A stretch of DNA of 32,000 bases from Breznakia sp. PF5-3. GTDB taxonomy: Bacteria > Bacillota_I > Bacilli_A > Erysipelotrichales > Erysipelotrichaceae. The stretch's first letter is position 1. The number at the start of each line of letters is the position of its first letter. The position numbers were made by a program, and so were the translations under genes. The notes beneath the pieces are model-generated. The model saw nothing but the letters and a program-made list of their open reading frames with translations, ran no database searches and was not told the DNA's origin. The stretch lies in the NCBI RefSeq assembly GCF_029504745.1, contig NZ_JAQFIQ010000005.1:30001-62000 (forward strand), given 5' to 3'. Below are positions 24,649-31,182 of the stretch, one piece after another.

Positions 24649-24651
24649 TCT

Positions 24652-25152
24652 TTACAATTTATAACGTTCACTTAATGTATTGATCACTACATTGCTTTTA
24701 TCAAATAATATTAACATGATTAAATAATTTGATATTCCGTGGATTAAATCAAATGGAATTCCTTTTAAAAAGTAAATCCATCCCATTTTAAACGAAATAA
24801 CAAAATAAGGTATAGAAAATAAAAAGCCAAATATAAGCCCAAAGATTCCACTAAATATTGCACATTTCGTATAGGTTGTTAGAATGTTTTTTAAAACATA
24901 TACAAGAAACACTAACAATATCCACACAATAAAATACATCGGTGTCCAAATACTAATTCCATATAATAGCATTTGAACAAAATTAAATACTACAACAATA
25001 AAAATACTTCCTTTTAGTTCAAAATTTAATGTATATAGAATTAGTAAAAAACTAACCAATTCAATATTTGGTAGAAATACTAGTAATTCTTTTGAAACAA
25101 CTACAATTGCTGCACACATTGTATAAATAACAATATTCTTTAATGAATTCAT
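24652..25152 (-). CDS. ECF-transporter S-component-like integral membrane protein (candidate corrinoid-specific)
   Basis: The 166-aa product has 5-6 TM helices and no soluble domain. Its start lies 1 nt after the DUF4430-like gene, which is under a cobalamin riboswitch. No ECF A/T genes are adjacent. Confidence 0.6.
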   Translation of the reverse strand: MNSLKNIVIYTMCAAIVVVSKELLVFLPNIELVSFLLILYTLNFELKGSIFIVVVFNFVQMLLYGISIWTPMYFIVWILLVFLVYVLKNILTTYTKCAIFSGIFGLIFGFLFSIPYFVISFKMGWIYFLKGIPFDLIHGISNYLIMLILFDKSNVVINTLSERYKL

Positions 25153-25153
25153 A

Positions 25154-25609
25154 TTAATATGTTATTTCACTTAATTCAAAAACAAAGTAATCTTGATCTG
25201 TTATCTTCAAAGCGTTGGCTGCATCACAATAACCAGCTTCAATACAAGATTTATTATTTTCTGATGAATAAACCCAATATTTATTTGCTTTTGGATTTTC
25301 TTTATATAGCTTGTTTTTTCCCATCCCTTTGATATACATACCATAAGATTGATCTTCATAATCAAGCTTTATTTCCCCTTCTTGTTCCAACTCCTTTAAC
25401 AAGTCTGCTAATGTTCCTGCATCCGTATCAACACTTTCTTTATACAAGGTTTTACCATCTGCTTTAATCATAATATGGATTTCTTTATCTCCTTTATCTT
25501 GACCCAATTGTTGATACAAAAAAATCCCTGCAACCACAACGATCAAAGCTATCGCTGCAACTACAATTTGTTTTGTTTTCTTCTTCACTTTTCCTCTCTC
25601 TTTCTTCAT
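25154..25609 (-). CDS. Membrane-anchored DUF4430-like (transcobalamin-like beta-domain) protein
   Basis: An N-terminal signal-anchor (IVVAAIALIVVVAGIF) is followed by a ~100-aa domain with ...YGMYIKGM...YWVYSSENN...ITDQDYFVFEL, the G-x-Y-[IV]...W-x-Y...D-x-[IFV]-x-[FW] pattern I associate with DUF4430. An AGGAGAAG SD precedes it. Confidence 0.65.
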   Translation of the reverse strand: MKKERGKVKKKTKQIVVAAIALIVVVAGIFLYQQLGQDKGDKEIHIMIKADGKTLYKESVDTDAGTLADLLKELEQEGEIKLDYEDQSYGMYIKGMGKNKLYKENPKANKYWVYSSENNKSCIEAGYCDAANALKITDQDYFVFELSEITY

Positions 25610-25611
25610 TC

Positions 25612-25795
25612 TTCTCCTAGAGAATGATCAATGTAATCATCGATGGCAGGTCTTCTGACTCGTGTTCATCCGCAACATTCCTTCCCATATTTTCATACAG
25701 TGGTCACTATGTCTTGTCACACTCACAGCTGCTAGGACAGTTAAGGCTTTCCTTATTCCCTATTCTCACGTAGTAAAACGTGCACCATCTATTTT
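25612..25795 (-). promoter_or_regulatory. Cobalamin (B12) riboswitch
   Basis: The minus strand reads AATAGATGGTGC...GAATAGGGAATAAGGAAAGCC...ATAGTGACCACTG...TGGGAAGG...CACGAGTCAGAAGACCTGCCATCG. The B12 box AGTCAGAAGACCTGCC lies at 25645-25660, and GACCACTG at 25698-25705. GGGAA and GGGAAGG elements are present, and P1 pairs GATGG (25785-25789) with CCATC (25642-25646). It lies directly upstream of the SD/ATG at 25609. Confidence 0.88.
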
Positions 25796-25855
25796 ACAGT
25801 GTTTGCTTATACTCTCTCACTGTAATAGAGTAAGCAATTCTTATTGCTTAGAAAT

Positions 25856-25864
25856 ATTATAGCA
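25856..25864 (-). promoter_or_regulatory. Extended -10 element (TGcTATAAT) driving the riboswitch operon
   Basis: The minus strand reads aataaTGCTATAATatttc, about 60 nt upstream of the aptamer P1. Confidence 0.4.
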
Positions 25865-25937
25865 TTATTTCATGCTTATGATTTACTTGAAATTAAGATT
25901 ATTTCATCATTATCAAATAATCTTGTAAGTATAACAT

Positions 25938-25966
25938 TTGGTTATCACAAGACGATTGATTATACT
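25938..25966 (+). promoter_or_regulatory. Candidate sigma-A promoter for the oxidoreductase gene (TTGGTT-17-TATACT)
   Basis: The hexamers lie at 25938-25943 and 25961-25966 with an exact 17-nt spacer, 28 nt upstream of the ATG. Confidence 0.35.
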
Positions 25967-25993
25967 AAAATAGAAATATATGGAGGTAATCAC

Positions 25994-26965
25994 ATGAAAG
26001 CAATTGTTGTAAATGAGTTTGGGGATGAACATGTTCTTCAGTATACGGATATACCTATTCCCACTCCAAACGAAGGACAAGTACGAATAAAAGTAGCTGC
26101 CATCGGTGTGAATCCTGTAGAAACCTATATTCGCAGTGGACACTATACACGCCTTCCTAAGCTACCTTATACCCCTGGAAATGATGCTGCAGGAATCGTA
26201 GATGAAATCGGTTCTAATGTATTCCATTTAAAAAAAGGACAACGTGTATATGTTGCTGCAATCTTAGCGATAGTAAATAGTGGAACCTATGCTGAATATG
26301 TAGTTTGTGATGCAGATGCTGTTCACCCATTATCTGATACACTATCTTTTTCACAAGGTGCAGCAATTGGCACCCCTGGATTAGCAGCTGCTTACGCACT
26401 GTATGAGCGAGCACAGATCAAAGCAAAAGAAAAAGTCCTTATTCATGGAGCAAGTGGTGGAGTTGGTTCCTTTGCTGTACAGTTAGCAAAACAAGAAAAT
26501 GCTATTGTCTATGGTAGTGCAGGAAATGAAGAAGGATTAAACTACATTCAATCCTTAGGTGCTGATTATACATTTAATCATCATGATAAAGACTATATAG
26601 ATAAAATTAAAGAACTTACAGATACTGGACTAAATACGATTATTGAAATGGCTGCAGATAAAAACCTTATGAAAGATACAACCATACTAGATACATTTGG
26701 GAAAATTGTTGTAGTTGGTAGTCGTGGTCCTTTAGAATTTAATCCTCGAAGTTTAATGAGTAAAAATCTTCAAGTACTTGGAATGAATCTGATTAACACA
26801 GATAAGCAAACATATCTTTCATTGCTTAAAAAAATAAATCATGCAATTACTCTAGGAATGAATATTCTGGTAGAAGAAACACTACCTTTATCACAAGCAT
26901 CACAAGCACATAAAGAAATTATTGATGGGGTAAAAAAAGGTAAAATCATATTAAAAACTATTTAA
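25994..26965 (+). CDS. NADPH:quinone oxidoreductase / zeta-crystallin-like medium-chain dehydrogenase
   Basis: The product starts MKAIVVNEFGDEHVLQYTDIPIPTPNEGQVRIKVAAIGVNPVETYIRSG and has the Rossmann motif HGASGGVGSFAVQLAK. GGAGG at 25982-25986 precedes the ATG at 25994. The 50 upstream codons of the track ORF are non-coding read-in. Confidence 0.85.
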   Translation: MKAIVVNEFGDEHVLQYTDIPIPTPNEGQVRIKVAAIGVNPVETYIRSGHYTRLPKLPYTPGNDAAGIVDEIGSNVFHLKKGQRVYVAAILAIVNSGTYAEYVVCDADAVHPLSDTLSFSQGAAIGTPGLAAAYALYERAQIKAKEKVLIHGASGGVGSFAVQLAKQENAIVYGSAGNEEGLNYIQSLGADYTFNHHDKDYIDKIKELTDTGLNTIIEMAADKNLMKDTTILDTFGKIVVVGSRGPLEFNPRSLMSKNLQVLGMNLINTDKQTYLSLLKKINHAITLGMNILVEETLPLSQASQAHKEIIDGVKKGKIILKTI

Positions 26966-27001
26966 AGAATAAAATTTTACGTAGTGATATCTTTTGAAAA
27001 A

Positions 27002-27010
27002 TGGTAAAAT
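27002..27010 (+). promoter_or_regulatory. Extended -10 element (TGgTAAAAT) upstream of ddh
   Basis: The sequence gaaaaaTGGTAAAATatt lies 24 nt before the ATG at 27034. The -35 is weak. Confidence 0.35.
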
Positions 27011-27033
27011 ATTACATTATAAGGAGTAATATC

Positions 27034-28017
27034 ATGAAAATAAAAGTTGGAATCGTAGGATATGGAAATTTGGGTAAAGGTGTAGAAAGTGCACTTACTC
27101 ATAGCAATGATATGGAATTGGTTGGTGTGTTTACACGCAGAGAACCAAATACATTAAAAACAATTACAGATGTTCCTGTATACAAATTAGATGATGCATA
27201 TACAATGAAAGATAACATTGATGTTATGATTTTATGTGGTGGAAGTGCAAATGATTTACCTACCCAAACAGTAGCTTTCGCAGAACATTTTAATGTAATT
27301 GATAGTTTTGATACACATGCGAAAATCCCCGAACATTTTGAAAAAGTAAATAATGCAAGTAATAAAAACCAAATGATAAGCATTATCTCTGTAGGATGGG
27401 ATCCAGGACTATTCTCTTTGAATCGTCTTTATGGACAAGCTGTCTTACCGCAAGGAGAAGATTATACTTTCTGGGGAAAAGGTGTCAGTCAAGGACATTC
27501 AGATGCAATTCGTAGAATTGATGGCGTATTGGATGCTAGACAATATACTATACCTATAGAAGATGCACTAACAAAGATTCGTAATGGAGAAACACCTACT
27601 CTAACAACACGTCAAAAGCATTTACGAGAATGCTTTGTTGTTGCGAAAGAAGATGCTGATTTAAACAGTATTGAAGAAACTATTAAAACCATGCCAAATT
27701 ATTTCGCTGACTATGATACAACAGTAAATTTTATCAGCAAAGAAGAGTTAGAAAAAAATCATCGTGGTATCCCTCATGGTGGTGTTGTATTCAGAAGTGG
27801 AAAAACTGGTTTTGATTTAGAAAACAAAAATATTATTGAATACCACTTAAATTTAGATTCAAACCCTGAATTCACTTCTAGTGTTTTGGTTGCCTATGCA
27901 AGAGCAGCCTATCGTTTACACCAAGAAGGACAATTTGGATGTAAAACCGTATTTGATATAGCTCCTGCTTATCTACATGAAAAAGATGGAGCGACACTAA
28001 GAAAAGAATTACTATAA
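27034..28017 (+). CDS. ddh: meso-Diaminopimelate D-dehydrogenase
   Basis: MKIKVGIVGYGNLGKGVE..., ...SVGWDPGLFSLNR..., FWGKGVSQGHSDAIRRI and ...MPNYFADYDT...HGGVV... closely parallel Corynebacterium/Lysinibacillus Ddh. The AAGGAG SD lies at 27021-27026. Confidence 0.88.
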   Translation: MKIKVGIVGYGNLGKGVESALTHSNDMELVGVFTRREPNTLKTITDVPVYKLDDAYTMKDNIDVMILCGGSANDLPTQTVAFAEHFNVIDSFDTHAKIPEHFEKVNNASNKNQMISIISVGWDPGLFSLNRLYGQAVLPQGEDYTFWGKGVSQGHSDAIRRIDGVLDARQYTIPIEDALTKIRNGETPTLTTRQKHLRECFVVAKEDADLNSIEETIKTMPNYFADYDTTVNFISKEELEKNHRGIPHGGVVFRSGKTGFDLENKNIIEYHLNLDSNPEFTSSVLVAYARAAYRLHQEGQFGCKTVFDIAPAYLHEKDGATLRKELL

Positions 28018-28032
28018 CACAATAACAAAAAA

Positions 28033-28065
28033 AGGATGCGATTTCTGATGAATCACATCCTTTTT
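28033..28065. terminator. Bidirectional terminator between ddh and the Cys-rich gene
   Basis: The stem GGATGCGATT / AATCACATCC (10 bp, 1 mismatch) has a 7-nt loop. It is flanked by an A-run upstream and a T-run downstream. Confidence 0.7.
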
Positions 28066-28088
28066 ATAGGCCAAATATCTAATACCCC

Positions 28089-28346
28089 TTAAAACCTCAA
28101 TGTTAAATCGTTACAAATAAATGAACAATGGTTCTCATAGTTTCCATTAAAGCAACAATCTTCTGATACCAACGTCTCCTTACCAGATATGTACTCTAAT
28201 CGATAATACCAATTTTCATTTGTTAATGGAATAACAACGTCAAAGTTTACTTTATAAGGTCTTTCGCTTCGCTCAAAATCATGAGAACATTTTTTTCTAA
28301 AAAGTTCCTTACCAGTACTTTGACAGTAAACTATTAAAGTACCCAT
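28089..28346 (-). CDS. Orphan Cys-rich small protein, 85 aa
   Basis: The ATG at 28346 follows GGAGGAGATAGGAGG-N4; the track start at 28367 is a GTG inside the SD. The product MGTLIVYCQSTGKELFRKKCSHDF...SEDCCFNGNYENHCSFICNDLTLRF has 7 Cys, no signal peptide or TM, and no family I recognise. Confidence 0.55.
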   Translation of the reverse strand: MGTLIVYCQSTGKELFRKKCSHDFERSERPYKVNFDVVIPLTNENWYYRLEYISGKETLVSEDCCFNGNYENHCSFICNDLTLRF

Positions 28347-28371
28347 ATGACCTCCTATCTCCTCCACTTAA

Positions 28372-28380
28372 ATTATAGCA
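28372..28380 (-). promoter_or_regulatory. Extended -10 element (TGcTATAAT) directly upstream of the Cys-rich gene
   Basis: The minus strand reads tttttTGCTATAATttaagtGGAGGAG. There is no recognisable -35 in the T-rich upstream tract. Confidence 0.45.
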
Positions 28381-28438
28381 AAAAAAAAGAAGAGAAAAAA
28401 GTAGTTTAATATTATTTATAAAAAATAACCAATTGAAA

Positions 28439-28822
28439 CTACTTGTTCGATATAGGTTGCTCTTTTTCTAACATTCTTTCTTCATATCCATCAATTTTTC
28501 CATCTAATCGTTGCAATACTTCTTTCATTTCATTAATTCTTTGTACTAATTTCTCTCTCTCATCAATCAACAATTGTTTTCTATTCATAATGGTACTTGG
28601 ACCTTTTTGAAACATATTCACATATTCGATTAAACTTTCAATAGAGAGTCCTGCATTACGCATACACTTGATAAATTCAACCCAATCACAATCTTCCTCT
28701 GTATATCTACGGACTCCTCCTTCATTACGACTTACAGGCGGAATCAAGCCAATACGTTCATAGTAACGTAATGTATCTTGTGATAATTGATATTTTTTAC
28801 TTACCTCACCAATACTAAACAT
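28439..28822 (-). CDS. MerR-family transcriptional regulator (short, single conserved Cys; NmlR/AdhR-like)
   Basis: The N-terminal wHTH is MFSIGEVSKKYQLSQDTLRYYERIGLIPPVSRNEGGVRRYTEEDCDWVEFIKCMRNAGLSI, followed by a coiled-coil dimerisation helix. Only Cys45 and Cys53 are present, with no C-terminal metal-binding Cys pair. Confidence 0.88.
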   Translation of the reverse strand: MFSIGEVSKKYQLSQDTLRYYERIGLIPPVSRNEGGVRRYTEEDCDWVEFIKCMRNAGLSIESLIEYVNMFQKGPSTIMNRKQLLIDEREKLVQRINEMKEVLQRLDGKIDGYEERMLEKEQPISNK

Positions 28823-28862
28823 CTTTTTTCCTCCTTTATAAAATTCTCAAGTTATAATTCAT

Positions 28863-28893
28863 ACTATAACACTTAGAGTGCACTCTAAGTCAA
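28863..28893 (-). promoter_or_regulatory. MerR-type promoter/operator: TTGACT-N19-TATAGT with an embedded perfect 20-bp palindrome
   Basis: On the minus strand the -35 TTGACT lies at 28893-28888, followed by a 19-nt spacer and the -10 TATAGT at 28868-28863. The palindrome ACTTAGAGTGCACTCTAAGT (28871-28890) is its own reverse complement. The -10 lies about 40 nt upstream of the merR ATG. Confidence 0.7.
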
Positions 28894-28926
28894 TATTATT
28901 TCTATTTTATTCCTCAATCGCTTTAG

Positions 28927-28955
28927 TTGATGTTTCTTTAACAATTCCATATACT
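28927..28955 (+). promoter_or_regulatory. Candidate sigma-A promoter for the dioxygenase gene (TTGATG-17-TATACT)
   Basis: The hexamers lie at 28927-28932 and 28950-28955 with a 17-nt spacer. The SD GGAGGTG lies at 28965-28971 and the ATG at 28977. This promoter lies outside the MerR palindrome. Confidence 0.45.
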
Positions 28956-28976
28956 TGAGATATTGGAGGTGTTTTT

Positions 28977-29741
28977 ATGAATAAAATGCCAGTTGTATTT
29001 GTTGGTCATGGTTCACCAATGAATGTTATTGAGCACAATCAATTTACGAAAGGATGGCAAAAAATGGCAGAAGCTATTCCAAAACCAAAAGCAATTCTTT
29101 GTATATCTGCACATTGGTTTTTAGAAGAGAATGCTATTTCAACCACAAAATCGCCAGAAACAATTCACGATTTCTATGGTTTTCCTGAAGAACTCTATAC
29201 CTTGCAATATCCTGCAAAAGGGTCTACTGATGTAGTGAATATAACACAGACATCATTATCTAATCAACTTTTGGAAGATTCAAAACGTGGATTAGATCAT
29301 GGCGCATGGAGTGTGTTACGTTCCATGTATCCAAATGCTGACATCCCTGTAAATCAATTCAGTGTAAATGCTTCTTTATCACCAAAGGAATGTTATGATA
29401 TTGGCACACAATTAAAAAAGCTCAGAGAGAAAGGCATTCTTATTTTGGCTAGTGGCAACATTGTTCATAATCTTGGCTTGATAAATTGGGATATGAAGGG
29501 TGGCTATTCATGGGCTGATGATTTTGATCTATATATTAAAAATGCTATTGTAAATGGTATTCATGAAGATGTCATCAACTATACAGAGCACGAAGCTGCA
29601 ACAAAGGCTTGTTATTACTATGATCATTTCTACCCTTTACTATACGCATTAGGCGCTTGTGATGCAGATGAATCAGTTAAAATTTATAATGAAGAAAGAC
29701 TCATGGGTTCTATGTCCATGACATCATATATCATTGGATAA
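28977..29741 (+). CDS. Class III extradiol ring-cleavage dioxygenase (4,5-DOPA dioxygenase / YgiD family)
   Basis: MPVVFVGHGSPMNVIEHNQFTKGW...ILCISAHW...DHGAWSVL...SGNIVHNL carries the His-rich motifs of the YgiD/LigB-type family. Confidence 0.85.
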   Translation: MNKMPVVFVGHGSPMNVIEHNQFTKGWQKMAEAIPKPKAILCISAHWFLEENAISTTKSPETIHDFYGFPEELYTLQYPAKGSTDVVNITQTSLSNQLLEDSKRGLDHGAWSVLRSMYPNADIPVNQFSVNASLSPKECYDIGTQLKKLREKGILILASGNIVHNLGLINWDMKGGYSWADDFDLYIKNAIVNGIHEDVINYTEHEAATKACYYYDHFYPLLYALGACDADESVKIYNEERLMGSMSMTSYIIG

Positions 29742-29744
29742 GAA

Positions 29745-29775
29745 AAGGAGAAAACAATTGTTCTCTCCTTTTTTG
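29745..29775. terminator. Bidirectional terminator between the dioxygenase and PcsB-like genes
   Basis: AAGGAGAAAAC-AATT-GTTCTCTCCTT (11 bp, 1 mismatch) is followed by TTTTTG on the plus strand and TTTTCTTAT on the minus strand. Confidence 0.65.
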
Positions 29776-29777
29776 TT

Positions 29778-31154
29778 TTAAAAATAAATAAATCCTATTG
29801 GTGTTCCACGTTGACTCACTAAGCTTGAATATGACAACGTAGCTGTTTGTGTGTATTGAATAGCAGTTGCCAAACTTGTTCCATACCCTAATCCACCATT
29901 TGGTGCATTTACATTACCTTCCGAAATGGTAATCATACCATTGCCATAAGACTCTACAAATGCTACATGTCCATACTGACCATTCCCCCATACAATAATT
30001 GCATTCGTTCGTGGTGATTGGCCAACACTTAAACCTCTTCCTGCTGCTTGCGAATACCAATCAGCAGCATTCCCTGTTGGCAATAAATTATATAAATGAT
30101 CTCCATTTACTTCACTCGCTCTACCAAAACAATACCATGTACATTGTCCAGTTAAATTAACAACACTTATTTTATTATATGGTGAACTATAATATTTACT
30201 ATAGAAATTACGTCCCCAGTTTAAACTGCCACCATTATTTCCGCCAGTATTACCTCCTGTATTACCGCCTGTATTGCCACCAGTATTTCCTCCAGTGTTA
30301 CCACCAGTATTTCCACCATCATCTGTAACTAATGGCTTTACACTTGGCATTAAGCTTGCCACTTGATTTGCAGCACTATCAGATCCACCTTTTTGGGCAA
30401 TCAATTCATTTTGTCTAGTTTCTAAAGCTGCCAATACTTTTTGGCTCTCTTCCTTCATTACAACTAAATCCTCACGTTTTTGATCCAATACCGCTTTTTG
30501 AGCTTTAATTGTTTCCTTTACTCTTTCAAGATCTTTTTTATCAGTAGCTAAATTTTCTATTTCTTTATTTAATAAATCAATTTGTTTATTATCATATTCT
30601 GTAATTGTTTCAATACTTTCTGAACGTTGGATAAATTCAACCAATGAATCAGCACCCATAATAAAATCAATATATTCATTTGTATTAATTGTTACTTGAA
30701 GTTCTCTCATTCGTTCTTTGATTTTTTCTTTACGTGTATCAACTTTACCATCTTGTTCAATAATCTTTTCTTCAATAATCTTAATATTTGCTTCACTTTC
30801 TGTTAGTGTCGCAGACAATGATGAAATTTCATTATCGATATCTACCACTTGTTGTTCATAATTATATGCTAAATCGCCAAGCTTTGATAAATCTCCTTGC
30901 ATTGCATCAATTTCTTTTTGCGTATTTGCTGATTCACTCAACTTCTCGTTTTTCTTGTCTTTTAAATAATCTTGATAGCGATAACAAGTTTCTCTTGTAT
31001 TTGCATCAATACCATATTGTGAGCATAAATCAGTCCAATATGCTTCTTTTCCCTCAAACTCTGATGCATTTACATCTGTTGGTAGCAATATATTAATCAT
31101 TATTAATATTGCTACACTAAGTAATACAAAGCTTAATTTTTTTATCTTCTTCAT
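29778..31154 (-). CDS. Secreted coiled-coil plus CHAP-domain peptidoglycan hydrolase (PcsB/CwlO-like)
   Basis: The product has a signal peptide (...LLPTDVNA/SE), ~220 aa of heptad-rich coiled coil and a (GGNT)6 linker. The C-terminal CHAP domain has GQCTWYCFGRASE (catalytic Cys) and GHVAFVE (His). The ATG at 31154 follows GAGGTG-N6 and lies 28 nt after the ftsX stop. Confidence 0.85.
   Translation of the reverse strand: MKKIKKLSFVLLSVAILIMINILLPTDVNASEFEGKEAYWTDLCSQYGIDANTRETCYRYQDYLKDKKNEKLSESANTQKEIDAMQGDLSKLGDLAYNYEQQVVDIDNEISSLSATLTESEANIKIIEEKIIEQDGKVDTRKEKIKERMRELQVTINTNEYIDFIMGADSLVEFIQRSESIETITEYDNKQIDLLNKEIENLATDKKDLERVKETIKAQKAVLDQKREDLVVMKEESQKVLAALETRQNELIAQKGGSDSAANQVASLMPSVKPLVTDDGGNTGGNTGGNTGGNTGGNTGGNTGGNNGGSLNWGRNFYSKYYSSPYNKISVVNLTGQCTWYCFGRASEVNGDHLYNLLPTGNAADWYSQAAGRGLSVGQSPRTNAIIVWGNGQYGHVAFVESYGNGMITISEGNVNAPNGGLGYGTSLATAIQYTQTATLSYSSLVSQRGTPIGFIYF
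30229..30317 (-). repeat. 12-bp in-frame tandem repeat encoding GGNT x6 (+GGNN+GG)
   Basis: The minus strand reads GGTGGAAATACT GGTGGTAACACT GGAGGAAATACT GGTGGCAATACA GGCGGTAATACA GGAGGTAATACT GGCGGAAATAAT GGTGGC. The peptide repeat is identical across units while the codons differ at wobble positions. Confidence 0.9.
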
Positions 31155-31182
31155 CCTGAACACCTCGCAAACTAATATATGT

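Noticed and set aside
25662-25993. ORF 25662..25862(+) and the first 50 codons of ORF 25844..26965
   Set aside because: The first lies on the complement of the cobalamin riboswitch. The second is read-in upstream of the real start (GGAGG-N7-ATG at 25994, MKAIVVNEF...). No coding signal is evident in either.
30229-30317. Short tandem repeat considered as a CRISPR array, minisatellite or phase-variation tract
   Set aside because: The 12-bp period is in frame inside the CHAP-hydrolase gene and has no spacers. The units are non-identical at wobble positions, so it is neither a CRISPR array nor an obvious slippage switch.
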